Origin: Ostreococcus lucimarinus | Taxonomy: Eukaryota | Length of the DNA stretch: 64,000 nucleotides | Strand: one strand, 5' to 3' | Assembly: GCA_000092065.1 (NCBI GenBank) | Contig: CP000589.1 | Shown here: positions 35,459 through 45,370 of the stretch, piece by piece | How the letters are laid out: each line of letters starts with the position of its first letter | How positions within the stretch are numbered: position 1 is the first letter of the stretch | Notes under the pieces: model-generated | Told to the model about the DNA's origin: nothing | Seen by the model: the letters and a program-made list of their open reading frames with translations, nothing else | Database searches by the model: none | Made by a program: the position numbers and the translations under genes

Positions 35459-36394
35459 TCAACGCGCCCCGTTCGCGTTGAGCTCGCGCGCGAGCTCGCG
35501 CAGCCGCCGCTCGCGATCGCAATCGCGCCAACAGTCTGCGCATTCGCACGAGCCGCCGTATTCGCGCGGAACTGAGCTCAAATCAGCCTCGCGTTTCACC
35601 TTGCTCGTAAATTCATCGAGCGTGCTGCAGACGACGATTTGTTTCAGCGTGCGCTCGGAGATGAGCGGCTTGCAAGTATTGAAAATGAATGCGAAACTCG
35701 CCGGCGGGTGCACGATGTAAATTTTGTGAATGCGCTCGACGAAGGCGCGCTTGGACACTTGAGACATGACGCGCAAAAAATCGAACACCTCGAAACCGAT
35801 ATCATTCATACCAAGTCGACTCATATCGACGATTCGAATCGTCTTGCCGCGGGGCCACGGTCTGGTGTCGATATGTTCGAATAAAAACGTCATCACGAAG
35901 GACACGTGTTCGACGACGGCGTGCACGGGATCGTCATCTGGTCTTCCTATCTCCTCCGCCTCTCGCCGGACCGCGTCGAGCAAATGTCCAAACTGTCCCG
36001 GCTTTTCTATCTGTATCGAGCACGCGTTCTGACCTTTGCCCGTCATGTGAAACGCGTGCGGATAGTATCGCTTGATGATTTTAAAGTACGGCTTCGGCGT
36101 GCGCAAAATGAAATCGATATCGAACCGCTCGCGCCACTCCGCGAACAACCGCGCCTTCTCCACGCGCCTCTCTGGATCGTCCGTCGAGCGCAGGATTCGA
36201 TCTGGGATCCCGTCGACGTCCACCGCGATCGCTCTGACCTCGTCCGCGTTCGCCGTCGCCTTTGGCGTCCTCGCCTTGGCGACGCTTTTGGAGAACACCA
36301 CGCGCAGCGCGCGGACCACCGCGGCGAGCGCGTTCGAGAAGAACCGCAAAATCATGATTCCTAGCACGAAGACGACGTGCGTGATGGACTGCAT
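35459..36394 (-). CDS. CRAL-TRIO (Sec14-like) lipid-binding domain protein, 311 aa
   Basis: ATG at 36394 (MQSITHVVFVLGIMIL, N-terminal hydrophobic segment). CRAL-TRIO-like blocks: YYPHAFHMTGKGQNACSIQIEKPGQF, TIRIVDMSRLGMNDI, KIYIVHPPASFAFIFNTCKPLISERTLKQIVV. Confidence 0.8.
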   Translation of the reverse strand: MQSITHVVFVLGIMILRFFSNALAAVVRALRVVFSKSVAKARTPKATANADEVRAIAVDVDGIPDRILRSTDDPERRVEKARLFAEWRERFDIDFILRTPKPYFKIIKRYYPHAFHMTGKGQNACSIQIEKPGQFGHLLDAVRREAEEIGRPDDDPVHAVVEHVSFVMTFLFEHIDTRPWPRGKTIRIVDMSRLGMNDIGFEVFDFLRVMSQVSKRAFVERIHKIYIVHPPASFAFIFNTCKPLISERTLKQIVVCSTLDEFTSKVKREADLSSVPREYGGSCECADCWRDCDRERRLRELARELNANGAR

Positions 36395-36617
36395 GGCGAC
36401 TGCGATGTTTCTGACGCCGGTGCGGAATGTGACCGAGCGCGGTGCTTCGACGCGCGCGCGCGCGCAGAACGCGCGCGCGCAGAACGCGCGCGCGCGTCGA
36501 TGCCGACGCGCGGATGCGCCGCGGTCGTCGGCGCGTTTCGCGAGCTCGGTCGATTCGGCGGTGCGCGCGCCGCGCAGTGGCGACGCGGTTCGCGCGCTAT
36601 CGACTGTTTCTATTCTA

Positions 36618-38021
36618 TTACAAGTACGCTTTACGAGCTCGAAGCGCGCCCACGACGGATGGCTTGAACCCGGTAGGCTGCGCGTCGAGCTTTTGCACCA
36701 CCATGATCTTTTCTTTCAACGACGCGAGCCTGATTCGACCGCAAAACTCTTCGAGACGCTTGCGAATGGAGGCTTCGATGGACTCTCGTTCGCGAGCGTC
36801 GGCGGCGACGTACGCCGTCGCCGTCGTTCCGGCGAAGGCGTCGAGCGGAGCGTTGCGAAGATACGCCGACGCCGCGCCGGTGGGATCGGATATCTGAATC
36901 TTTACTCGCCATAGCGGCGGGCGGGCATCCTCTTGAACTTCTAACCTCCCAGTCCTCGTTATCCACGCGTGCACGGTGGCCATCGCGGATTTATCGTCGA
37001 GCGACGCTCGCGCCGCCCGTAAACATCCGAGGTACGTCCACAGCCCTTTTACCGCGCTCTCGTTCACGCGTTGCACCAACGCCATCGTACGATCGTCTAA
37101 CGCGGGCGCAGACGACGACGGCACAGACGATCGTTCGCGACTGGAGAAAATCGGTTCGCCCGACGCTTGAAGGCTCGATCGCGTCGATCGCCGCGGAGAC
37201 GCGACCGCGCCCATCGCCCTCGCGTCGCCCGCGAGCGCGTCGTCCTCGCCGCCGATCTCCAAAATATCCACCACTTGTGAGTCTGGCACGACCCCGCGCG
37301 CCGCATTCGGCGTCACCACCACCCTCGGCGCCGCGCCCTCGACGTCCCTCGCGCCGTCGAGCGCGCGCGCCTCGTTCGCCTCCTCCTCCCACGCCGCGCG
37401 CGTCGCCGCCTTCACGCGATCGCCCTCTCCCACCCCAGGTCGATTCGGCGCTTCAAACACCGCCATCGCTCGCGTTCTCGCGCGCTCTAACCGTTCCACG
37501 ACCCCCCCCAACAGTTCCGTCGTCGCTCGTTCCAGCCAAATCGTTCCGTCTTCGCCGACGTACGGATCCGTCAGCGCGATTTTCGCCCCCGCTCGCATCC
37601 CCTCTCCGCTCAGCCGCGGCACCGCTTCGTACTCCACCGCGAACATCCTTCGCGCGCCGTCCGTCAGGCTCAGCGTCAGGCATCGCTGCGCGTGCGATCG
37701 TCGACACTGTTCGTCCGCGCGTCGTCGTCGCGCGTCGCGCCCGACGTCTCGCCACTCATCCATCTGCACCACGAATCGTCCTCGCGCGCGCGCGCCCGCG
37801 ACGCGCGGCGCGCGCGACAGTCCCCCGCCCAGCGCGCAGACGTTAAAGTCGCTTCGCAGCGCCGCGCTCGCGCACGCGCGCGTCGTCGTCGCCGTCGCCG
37901 GCGTCGCGACGTCCATCGCGCGCGCGACGACGTCGCGCCACGCCTCGCGCGTCTCCGGCCATCCCGCGGCGTCGCGCGCGAGCCACGCGTCGAGGGCGTC
38001 GCGCGACGTCGCGCGCGCCAT
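36618..38021 (-). CDS. RMI1: RMI1 (RecQ-mediated genome instability protein 1) homologue, 467 aa
   Basis: ATG at 38021 (MARATSRDALDAWL). RMI1 N-terminal OB-fold block is RCLTLSLTDGARRMFAVEYEAVPRLS..MRAGAKIALTDPYV..GTIWL. The second OB-like C-terminal domain is LWRVKIQISDPTGAASAYL. The track extension to 38846 is an Arg-rich phantom. Confidence 0.7.
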   Translation of the reverse strand: MARATSRDALDAWLARDAAGWPETREAWRDVVARAMDVATPATATTTRACASAALRSDFNVCALGGGLSRAPRVAGARARGRFVVQMDEWRDVGRDARRRRADEQCRRSHAQRCLTLSLTDGARRMFAVEYEAVPRLSGEGMRAGAKIALTDPYVGEDGTIWLERATTELLGGVVERLERARTRAMAVFEAPNRPGVGEGDRVKAATRAAWEEEANEARALDGARDVEGAAPRVVVTPNAARGVVPDSQVVDILEIGGEDDALAGDARAMGAVASPRRSTRSSLQASGEPIFSSRERSSVPSSSAPALDDRTMALVQRVNESAVKGLWTYLGCLRAARASLDDKSAMATVHAWITRTGRLEVQEDARPPLWRVKIQISDPTGAASAYLRNAPLDAFAGTTATAYVAADARERESIEASIRKRLEEFCGRIRLASLKEKIMVVQKLDAQPTGFKPSVVGALRARKAYL

Positions 38022-38070
38022 CGCGTCGCGCGTCGCGTCGCGTCGCGTCGTCGTCGGTCGTCGCGAAGTG

Positions 38071-38094
38071 CGGCGAAAGTTTAAACTTTGGCGC
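38071..38094. promoter_or_regulatory. E2F-like inverted element with a central 14-bp palindrome in the RMI1 divergent promoter
   Basis: The sequence is cGGCGAAAGTTTAAACTTTGGCGC. TTTGGCGC (38087-38094) is a canonical TTTSSCGC site, and the opposite arm reads TTTCGCCG on the minus strand. AAAGTTTAAACTTT is a perfect palindrome. This is the only AT-containing island in an otherwise CG-only spacer. Confidence 0.35.
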
Positions 38095-38150
38095 AGCTGT
38101 CGGCACACGCGCGCGCGCGCCGGCGACGCACCGGACGCCGCGCGCGCGCG

Positions 38151-38783
38151 ATGCGCGTCGCGACGCTCGCGCGCGGCGCGGCGCGGCGCGGCGCGGCGTC
38201 GGCGCGCGCGCGCACGACGTACGCGACGAACGAGGACGACGCGCTGTCGAATCTGCTCACGCCGAGACAAAAACTGCGCCGCGCCGCGCTGCTGGCGCTG
38301 ACGACGTGCGCGGCGGGGGCGTACGTGTCGTACTTTGCGACACCGATCGTCGCGGACGGGAGCGCGCGGTCGTGCGCGGCGCTGACGCGGTCGAGGGATG
38401 GGTTCATGGCGCGCGCGGGCGCGGCGCGGGCGCGCGCGATGTGGGCGTTGGGCGACGTCGGGAACGCGCGAGGCGCGCTTCTGGCGAACGACGCGCTGGG
38501 AGCGTGCGTGGAGACGGCGTGCCGACGAGGGATGGACGCGAGGGCGCGCGAGGCGGCGAGCGCGATGTTGAGGGACGCGTGCGAGGACGCGCGCGGAATC
38601 GAGGCGCTGCGACGGTGGAGGACGACGTTGGAGACGTGCGCGCGAGAGCGCGGCGACGGCGAGCGACGAGAGTGGTGGTGGACGAGGACGCGTGCGACGA
38701 GCGGCGAGGACGCGGGCGATGGCGGAGGGTTGGACGCGACGCGCGCGAACGTGGCGGCGACGTTGGAGAAGTTGCGATCGTGA
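38151..38783 (+). CDS. Hypothetical protein with N-terminal targeting-like/TM region, 210 aa
   Basis: The track start at 38088 is TTG; the first ATG is 38151. The N-terminus is basic, followed by ALLALTTCAAGAYVSYFATPIV, and the remainder is helical and Ala/Arg-rich. It is the best-composed ORF in an 877-bp gap between RMI1 and PUS3; competing ORFs are Gly/Arg or Pro/Ser/Arg phantoms. Confidence 0.5.
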   Translation: MRVATLARGAARRGAASARARTTYATNEDDALSNLLTPRQKLRRAALLALTTCAAGAYVSYFATPIVADGSARSCAALTRSRDGFMARAGAARARAMWALGDVGNARGALLANDALGACVETACRRGMDARAREAASAMLRDACEDARGIEALRRWRTTLETCARERGDGERREWWWTRTRATSGEDAGDGGGLDATRANVAATLEKLRS

Positions 38784-38897
38784 GGCGGTTCGCCAAACGG
38801 CGCGAGGGCGCGGCGGCGATCGGTAGGTTCGCCTTCGGACAGCCATTCCGGTGTATGATTATTAACTAAACTGTGTTCTAAGTGCTAAGTACGCGCG

Positions 38898-40187
38898 CTA
38901 TTTGCTCTCGACGCGCGCGCGTCGCTCCTCGAACGTCGCCTCGGTGGGTCTGTCGCTCAGGCGCTGGTGACGAGATTTCGCAACGCTCACGTTTCCCGCG
39001 CACGTCACGGCTGCGAGTTCGCGCGCGAGCGCAGAGCCATCGCGATCGTTGGCACTCGCAGCGCGCGTACGGTGCGCGCGCGAGCGCGCCAGATGCGCCC
39101 AAATTTCCTCTTGAATCGCCGCGCGAACGCGTTGCGCGTGCATCTGGCCGGCGACGTGCGTCTCGAGTTGCGCCAACGCGCTGTCGCTCACGTGCATGCG
39201 CTCGGCATCCAAACGCGCCTTGTCGTACCCACTTCGCCAAAGTAAAAGCGCGTGCTCGGGCGCCATCGGGTACTGCGGCTTTCTCGGCGTGCGTTCGAGA
39301 TCGAGCAACTCGGTCACGACGGTCGGAGATTCGTGACCGAGACCAACCATAAATAACACAGACGCCATGCACCGCACTTGATGCCACAAGAATGCGGTGC
39401 CTCGAACGTTGATGTACATCAGTTTTCCATCGTGCGACTCCTCGATCGTGCACTCGAGCACGTTTCGCGTGAAACTCTTTACGTTTTCCGCGTCCATGCG
39501 ACAAAAGTTTCTAAAATCGTGCACACCCTCAAACGCGCGCGCGGCCTCGCGCATGGCGCCCAAGTCTAATCCATTCGTCTTTTCAAAGAAGTATTTGTAC
39601 TGGCGCCACTCGCAATCGAACCGGGCGTTCAACTCATCATCCACCGGCGCCCATCCCAACGCTCGCACGTCGTTCGGCAGCGCGCGGTTCAGCAGCGCCA
39701 CGTAATCTAATTCCTCATCCACGCCTTCCGCCCCGTTCGAGCGCGCGCGCAGCGTCACAATTTGTCCCAATCCCGACACTCCGCGATCGGTGCGACCGCA
39801 CCGCGCGTAATCCGCGACTTTGAACACGTCGCGCGCGCTCTCCACGAGCTTCGTCTTCGCCAACGCGTCGAACAGCGCCTGTTCCACCGTCCGCGGCGCC
39901 GCCGCGTTCGCCGCGCCCTGGCTCGCGAAACCGTGATAATCCCATCCCAGGTAGCACACGTGCAGGGCGATCTTGCGCGCGGCGTGCTTGCTGAAGTCGA
40001 ACGCGCGATGTTTCGAGACGCCTCGGGCCGGCGGCGTCGGCGGCGAACGAAGCGCCGCGACGCGCGCGGCGATGCGCTCGACTCGACGCGGGTCGAGCGA
40101 CGCGGCGGTGCTATCGCTCGTCGACGCCGCGAGGCACTCGGCCTCGATGTCGTCGAGCGCGCGCTCGATGTCGTCGAGCGCGCGCAT
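38898..40187 (-). CDS. PUS3: tRNA pseudouridine synthase, TruA family (Pus3/Deg1-type), 429 aa
   Basis: ATG at 40187. RKIALHVCYLGWDYHGFASQ, CGRTDRGVSGLGQIV (catalytic Asp), YKYFF, GVHDFRNFC, FLWHQVRCM. Confidence 0.9.
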   Translation of the reverse strand: MRALDDIERALDDIEAECLAASTSDSTAASLDPRRVERIAARVAALRSPPTPPARGVSKHRAFDFSKHAARKIALHVCYLGWDYHGFASQGAANAAAPRTVEQALFDALAKTKLVESARDVFKVADYARCGRTDRGVSGLGQIVTLRARSNGAEGVDEELDYVALLNRALPNDVRALGWAPVDDELNARFDCEWRQYKYFFEKTNGLDLGAMREAARAFEGVHDFRNFCRMDAENVKSFTRNVLECTIEESHDGKLMYINVRGTAFLWHQVRCMASVLFMVGLGHESPTVVTELLDLERTPRKPQYPMAPEHALLLWRSGYDKARLDAERMHVSDSALAQLETHVAGQMHAQRVRAAIQEEIWAHLARSRAHRTRAASANDRDGSALARELAAVTCAGNVSVAKSRHQRLSDRPTEATFEERRARVESK

Positions 40188-40265
40188 CGAGAAGTGCGGC
40201 GTCGCGACGCGCTCGTTCGCGGCTTCACGATTCCATTACCTAACGCGCGTTCTACGAAAGCGCGG

Positions 40266-41450
40266 CTAAAATCTCGCTAAAATCTCGAGGAGAATCGGTT
40301 GGACTTTCTTCCGACTCGCCTTGACGTCGAGCTGCGCGCGCGCGGATTTGAACACGCCGAAGTCGTTTTCGGGAAGACGCAGCGGCGCGAGCGGCGTTCG
40401 CTCGCCCAAGTCGCGCATGACGGCTTCGAGCTCGATCGAGCACGCGCTCGATTTCGTGACATCGATCTGACGCGCGAACGCGCCGTCGGCGTCGGCGTCT
40501 TCGAACGAGGACATCATAAATAACACGTCGATGCGCCGCGCGTCGACGAAGGCGACGATTTCATCGTTGACGGATGAAGCGTCCTGTCGCGCCAGCAAAT
40601 CCTGAAACCGCACGCCGAACGACGCGATGCCGACCTCGAGCGACCCCATCGTCCACTGCTTGTAATCTTTCGCCAAGAGTTGCGCGCACGAAAACGAGCT
40701 CTGATCGTGACGCGCGCGAGAGAGCGATTCGTACTCCGCTCGCGTCGCGTCCTCGTCCCATCCCAAAATATCTCGCAGCGATTCCGCAGCGGCAAAGTCC
40801 ACGGGTGCCGCCCGCGTCGTCGTCGCGTCCAGCATTCTCGTGTCCAACACGATCGCTCCCAGAAGCAAACGCGCGACGTCTCGCGCGACGCCCTCGTCCG
40901 CGGCTTTCGCCACGACGTCCCTGTACACCAAACTCGAGCACGATCCGATCAACTCGATGACCCTATCCGCCCGTTCCGCGTACATCCCCGAATCCTCGTG
41001 ATGATCAATCACCCGAACCACGCGCGCTTGCCACGCGTCCGGAAACAACCGCGCGCTCAGCGCGTTATGATCCACCAACGTCACGCTTCGCGGCGTCGCC
41101 TTCGTCGCCGCCGCCGCGACGTCCTCCGCGCACGTCAAATCGCCCAACTTCACCCCCGCGTTCGCCAGCGCCAAGACCACGTCGGGTCGTAATTTCAGTT
41201 CTTCCCTCGCGCACGACACGATCGGCACCGCGCGCGTTTCGCGCTCGCCATCGTCGCGTCCGCGCTTCGCGCTCGCCGCTCGCGCCGTCGCCACCGCGCA
41301 CGCCACCGAGTCCAAATCGCACGCCTCGTTCCCCACGCTCACGTCGCACGCCCCCGGATCGCGCGCGAACGCCTCCTTGGCGTCGCGCAGGAACGTTCGC
41401 AGCGCGTTCGCCTCGCGCGCGCCGTCGTCGACGTTCGCGCGCGTCGCCAT
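40266..41450 (-). CDS. DHH-family phosphoesterase (exopolyphosphatase PPX1 / Prune-like), 394 aa
   Basis: ATG at 41450. DHH motifs: VGNEACDLDSVACAV, VTLVDHN, RVIDHHED. A DHHA2-like C-terminal region contains QLLAKDYKQW. Confidence 0.85.
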   Translation of the reverse strand: MATRANVDDGAREANALRTFLRDAKEAFARDPGACDVSVGNEACDLDSVACAVATARAASAKRGRDDGERETRAVPIVSCAREELKLRPDVVLALANAGVKLGDLTCAEDVAAAATKATPRSVTLVDHNALSARLFPDAWQARVVRVIDHHEDSGMYAERADRVIELIGSCSSLVYRDVVAKAADEGVARDVARLLLGAIVLDTRMLDATTTRAAPVDFAAAESLRDILGWDEDATRAEYESLSRARHDQSSFSCAQLLAKDYKQWTMGSLEVGIASFGVRFQDLLARQDASSVNDEIVAFVDARRIDVLFMMSSFEDADADGAFARQIDVTKSSACSIELEAVMRDLGERTPLAPLRLPENDFGVFKSARAQLDVKASRKKVQPILLEILARF

Positions 41451-41681
41451 TCGTTCGTTCGTTCGTTCGCGCGCGCGTCTCGCGCGCGCGCGCGCGCCGA
41501 CGCGCCGAAGCGCGACGGTCGAGGACGCGCGCGCGCGCGTGGTCGCCGTCGCGCCCGCGCGCGCGCGTCGCGTTCGCGTCCGCGCGACGCCGCGCGCGTG
41601 AGTGCGGTCGTCGCCTCACACATCGCGACTCGCCGCGCGCGCCGCGCCGCGCCGCGCCGCGCGACGCGCGCGAGCGACGAC

Positions 41682-43283
41682 ATGACCGTCGCGCGCGACG
41701 CCGACGCGCGCCCGCGCGCGCGCGCGGCGACGGAGAGCCTGAAGCGGGCGCAAGAGGCGATTTGGGAAATCTTAGCCTCGGCCGATTCGAGCGACGACGA
41801 CGACGCGTCGAGCGACGCGCCGGACGAATCGATCGCGCGCGAGCGGTCGACGTTCGATATCGCGTCGCCCGCGGGAGCGGCGCGGGAAGGCGCGCGCGAG
41901 GCGGGGACGGGGACGCCGGTGGGCGCGCGACTGGACGCCGCGGCGCTGGCGCTGGAGCGGCGGCGCGCGGAGGCGCTGGACGCGGCGGCGAGCGATGAAC
42001 GCGCGGCGGCGATGGAACTGAGAGAGGCGCGAGAGGCGTTGGAGCGCGCGCAGACGACGGGGCGAGGGCTGGAGGCGCTGGAACGCGCGGTGGCGGAGAG
42101 GGATTTGGAGATATTTAAGCGGGACGACGAGTTGCGAGCGCTCAGAGAGGAAGTCGGGCGGTTGCGGACGCGCGAGGACGACGCGGGAGAGACGATGATG
42201 GTGAGCGCGTCGATAGCGGATGCGAATACGCGCGCGGCGAACGCGGAGGAGGGCGCGAGGGCGATGCGTGAGGCGCTGAAGGACGCGGAGACGAAGAACG
42301 CGCGCGAACGCGCGGCGCTCATGGATGAGCTTCGCGAGTCGCGCGCGCTGGCGGCCAAACACGCGAGAGAGGCGCACGCGCGCGAGGAGGCGAACGCGTC
42401 GAGCAGTGGACGCATCGATGAGGTGGTTTTCATGAGGAAAGAGCTGGACGCGATGGCGAAGAAGGTATCCATCGCCGAAGCCGTTGCCGAGAAGCTCGAA
42501 AGAATCGTCGCCCAAAAATCAGAAGAGGTGTTCAACGCAACGCAAGAGCGAGACGCGCTGCGAAAGAAGCTGAAGACGACGAGCGAGACGATAGATTCGC
42601 TGGAGCGCGAGTGGCTTGAGTTCAATCGCCAAGGTCTGAGCGCGCAAAAAGCGCTGAGCGCCGAAAACGAAGAGCTACACAAGATTGTCGACGACTTGAA
42701 ATCCGCCGAAAAAGATGGCTTCGCCGAAGCCGCGGGCGAAATAGAAGAGTTGAAGGCGCGATTGCGGACGTTTGAGAGCGAATCTGGCGTATCCAACAGA
42801 AGTGTCGATAGAAATCTCGCGCGCGAGTCCATCACATCCTTGAGATCCAAGGTGCGCGAGCTCAAGGGCGACATCGAAGCCAAGGACGCCCAAATCGAAG
42901 ACTTGCGAAACGCGCTGTCGCAAAAGTCCATCATCGAAGCCGTGAACGCGGAGAAGGATGCCGTCATCACCGCGCTGCAAGCACAAATCAACGCGAGTAA
43001 CTCTGCCGCACCTCGATCGGATTCTGAATTCGCCGTGTCCACGCAGAACGACGGCGATATCGACGTCTTGGATGAGTTACAAACCGTCGCGAAGACGCTT
43101 CGTCGAGAAAACGCGGGGCTGCGGCGAGAACTCGAAGACGTCGACCCGGACGTTCTAGAAGAGTGCATCGCGCTGAGTCGACGCGTGACGGCTCAAAACT
43201 CTCTACTCGCGAGCTACGAGGAGCGCTTGGTGCGCTACACCGACCAACTAGGGATTCCGTTCACGCCCGAGGCGCGCCCGTAG
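41682..43283 (+). CDS. Long coiled-coil protein, 533 aa
   Basis: The track start at 41598 is GTG; ATG is at 41682. It is continuous heptad-like E/A/R/K/L-rich sequence with a structured C-terminus (VLEECIALSRRVTAQNSLLASYEERLVRYTDQLGIPF). The 609-aa antisense ORF is a Ser-rich mirror image. Confidence 0.7.
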   Translation: MTVARDADARPRARAATESLKRAQEAIWEILASADSSDDDDASSDAPDESIARERSTFDIASPAGAAREGAREAGTGTPVGARLDAAALALERRRAEALDAAASDERAAAMELREAREALERAQTTGRGLEALERAVAERDLEIFKRDDELRALREEVGRLRTREDDAGETMMVSASIADANTRAANAEEGARAMREALKDAETKNARERAALMDELRESRALAAKHAREAHAREEANASSSGRIDEVVFMRKELDAMAKKVSIAEAVAEKLERIVAQKSEEVFNATQERDALRKKLKTTSETIDSLEREWLEFNRQGLSAQKALSAENEELHKIVDDLKSAEKDGFAEAAGEIEELKARLRTFESESGVSNRSVDRNLARESITSLRSKVRELKGDIEAKDAQIEDLRNALSQKSIIEAVNAEKDAVITALQAQINASNSAAPRSDSEFAVSTQNDGDIDVLDELQTVAKTLRRENAGLRRELEDVDPDVLEECIALSRRVTAQNSLLASYEERLVRYTDQLGIPFTPEARP

Positions 43284-43348
43284 CTTTCGTCGGCGTCGGC
43301 GTAGCCGTGTTGTAACCGCCCTCCATCGCGCGGCGCACCTCGCGCGCC

Positions 43349-44623
43349 ATGGCGAACAACCGAAACGCATCGCCGACTCGAGTCGAAGGAACAATCGCGC
43401 GCGACCGCGGCGACGTGTCGTCGCGCGCGACCGCGACCTCGAGCGCGTCCGCGCGCGACGCGAAGGTCGCCGCCGCCGGCGCTCGAATGCGCGACGTCGC
43501 CGAGGCCGACGACGCGCCGCCGAGGCCGTGGCGACCGGACGACGACGGCGCGGGCGGTGATGACGCGCGCGCGGACGTCGACGACCCGGACGAGTGGTTG
43601 CGCGGACAACTCGCGGGCATGCCCATCGAGAAGGATTACCCAGAGCTCGTCGACGCCGCCGTGCGGTGCATGGGCGAGTGGAAGAAGCGCATGCCGAAGA
43701 GCGTGTGGTTGCGCGTGACGAAATCGGGAAGGTTAGCGAAGGAACTGAACGAGTCCGCGCCGGTGCTGGCGAAAACGATGGAGTACGTGCGGGATATAGA
43801 TGTGCGGACGCCGAGCGAACGCGTCGTCGTCGTGGACTTGTGCTCGGGATTCGGATACCTGGCGATGTTTCTTTCTGAGATTTTGCCAAAGGAGAAAGTG
43901 GCGGAGATCGTGCTGGTTGATAAGATGTGGAGCATGATGAACCGGACACCTAAGCCGCATCACATCTCGTGGAGTCACATTTACGGTGAAGGCGATTGGA
44001 AGTACGATTGGCCAATTGAACTGTCGACGCGAAAAGTTGATTTAAAGGATTACGCCCAGGTGAATCAGATGAGCGTGCACTTGTTCTCACGTTGGAACGG
44101 ACCGTTCATCGTGCTTGGAATCCATCTGTGCGGTACGCTTTCCATCAAAGCGGTGGAAATGTTCAACAAAAACTCCAACGTGAAGCACTTGATTTTGAAG
44201 CCCTGTTGTCTTCCCGATTGGTCGTGGACGTACCGCGCCGAAAGCGGATACTTCCCGCCCGTGGGCGCGCATAAACACTTGATCCCGACGAAGGCGGTGT
44301 GTAGCAAAGGGAAATGGAAGAAAAACAAATGGATTGGCCCACCGCGATCGCATTTGAAGATAAAGTTTGAGTCCTGGAACGATCACTTGTGTCGATCGAT
44401 CAACGACGAAGACGGCAATATTTCGACAAGCTTGCAGGAAATTCAGGTGCAAGCGAGCCACTTTCAAAACCTCTTCATATTCGGCGATCGCCAGCGTATC
44501 CGAAAGTGCCACGTCCGCGAGGCAACGGGCGTCGAATTTCCGACGCCAAGCGGCGTCGACGCCAAACGCTGGTCTCCGACGGGAACCGGCTACGGCACGC
44601 ACACACGAACGCTAGCGAACTAG
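43349..44623 (+). CDS. Class I SAM-dependent methyltransferase-like protein (Methyltransf_32/METTL25-like), 424 aa
   Basis: ATG at 43349. VVVVDLCSGFGYLAMFLS is the motif I glycine-rich loop. It is followed by IVLVDK, VLGIHLCGTLS and LILKPCC. Confidence 0.65.
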   Translation: MANNRNASPTRVEGTIARDRGDVSSRATATSSASARDAKVAAAGARMRDVAEADDAPPRPWRPDDDGAGGDDARADVDDPDEWLRGQLAGMPIEKDYPELVDAAVRCMGEWKKRMPKSVWLRVTKSGRLAKELNESAPVLAKTMEYVRDIDVRTPSERVVVVDLCSGFGYLAMFLSEILPKEKVAEIVLVDKMWSMMNRTPKPHHISWSHIYGEGDWKYDWPIELSTRKVDLKDYAQVNQMSVHLFSRWNGPFIVLGIHLCGTLSIKAVEMFNKNSNVKHLILKPCCLPDWSWTYRAESGYFPPVGAHKHLIPTKAVCSKGKWKKNKWIGPPRSHLKIKFESWNDHLCRSINDEDGNISTSLQEIQVQASHFQNLFIFGDRQRIRKCHVREATGVEFPTPSGVDAKRWSPTGTGYGTHTRTLAN

Positions 44624-44670
44624 AATGTGAAACGAACAAAACATTAGCTGAAATCGACAACGCTACTCCG

Positions 44671-45333
44671 CTACGACTGAAAAATCTCGGGCTTTAAAAT
44701 CCCAACGAACGGCAACTCGCGGTACTTCCCTCGATAATCCAACCCGTACCCCACGACGAATTCGTCCGGACACATGAACGCCGCCGCGATTTTCATATCC
44801 TTTTCCCGCATCCACTTCGCGCACGCCTCGTCCCGTCTCGCCTGTTTATCCATCAACGCGATGACCGCCACCTCCTCCGCCCCTCTCGCGTACAATTCCT
44901 TCGCCAACGCCACCACCGTCTTCCCCGTATCGATTATATCCTCGATTATCACGCACCGTTTCCCTCGCACCGTCGCCTCGCTCGGCGCGTGCGCCGTCTT
45001 CGCCTCGCCGCTCACCGTTCCGTCCCCGTACGACGCGCACGTCGCGCACGCGATCACCGGTCGATCGTACGGTCGATCGAGCTCCGCGCGCAGCGTCCGC
45101 TGCGTGACGTACGTCTGTCGCAGCAAATCGCTCGCGAACATCATCGCGCCCGTCGTCACCGGGACGAAGACTGAAAACTCATTCATTCGCATCACGACGA
45201 GCGCCGCGAGCGTCTCGAGCGCGCCCTCGATGGCGGTCGCGTCGAAGAGCACGGACGCGACGTCCGGGTCGTCCACGGGGAGCCCCGCGACGCGCGGGAC
45301 GCGATCGGCGGCGTCCGGGATGCGATCGGACAT
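44671..45333 (-). CDS. HPRT: Hypoxanthine-guanine phosphoribosyltransferase, 220 aa
   Basis: ATG at 45333 (MSDRIPDAADR). The PRPP-binding loop is CVIIEDIIDTGKT. The C-terminus is FVVGYGLDYRGKYRELPFVG. Confidence 0.9.
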   Translation of the reverse strand: MSDRIPDAADRVPRVAGLPVDDPDVASVLFDATAIEGALETLAALVVMRMNEFSVFVPVTTGAMMFASDLLRQTYVTQRTLRAELDRPYDRPVIACATCASYGDGTVSGEAKTAHAPSEATVRGKRCVIIEDIIDTGKTVVALAKELYARGAEEVAVIALMDKQARRDEACAKWMREKDMKIAAAFMCPDEFVVGYGLDYRGKYRELPFVGILKPEIFQS

Positions 45334-45370
45334 CGGCAGTGAGTGACGCGCCGACGGCCGCGCGAGCGCG

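Noticed and set aside
41339-43168. A 609-aa minus-strand ORF (Ser/Ala-rich).
   Set aside because: It is the mirror image of the plus-strand coiled-coil gene: GAG/GCG/CGC-rich codons read antisense give Ser/Ala/Arg. It has no recognisable motifs, and the plus-strand frame has the G/C-rich third positions typical of genes here.
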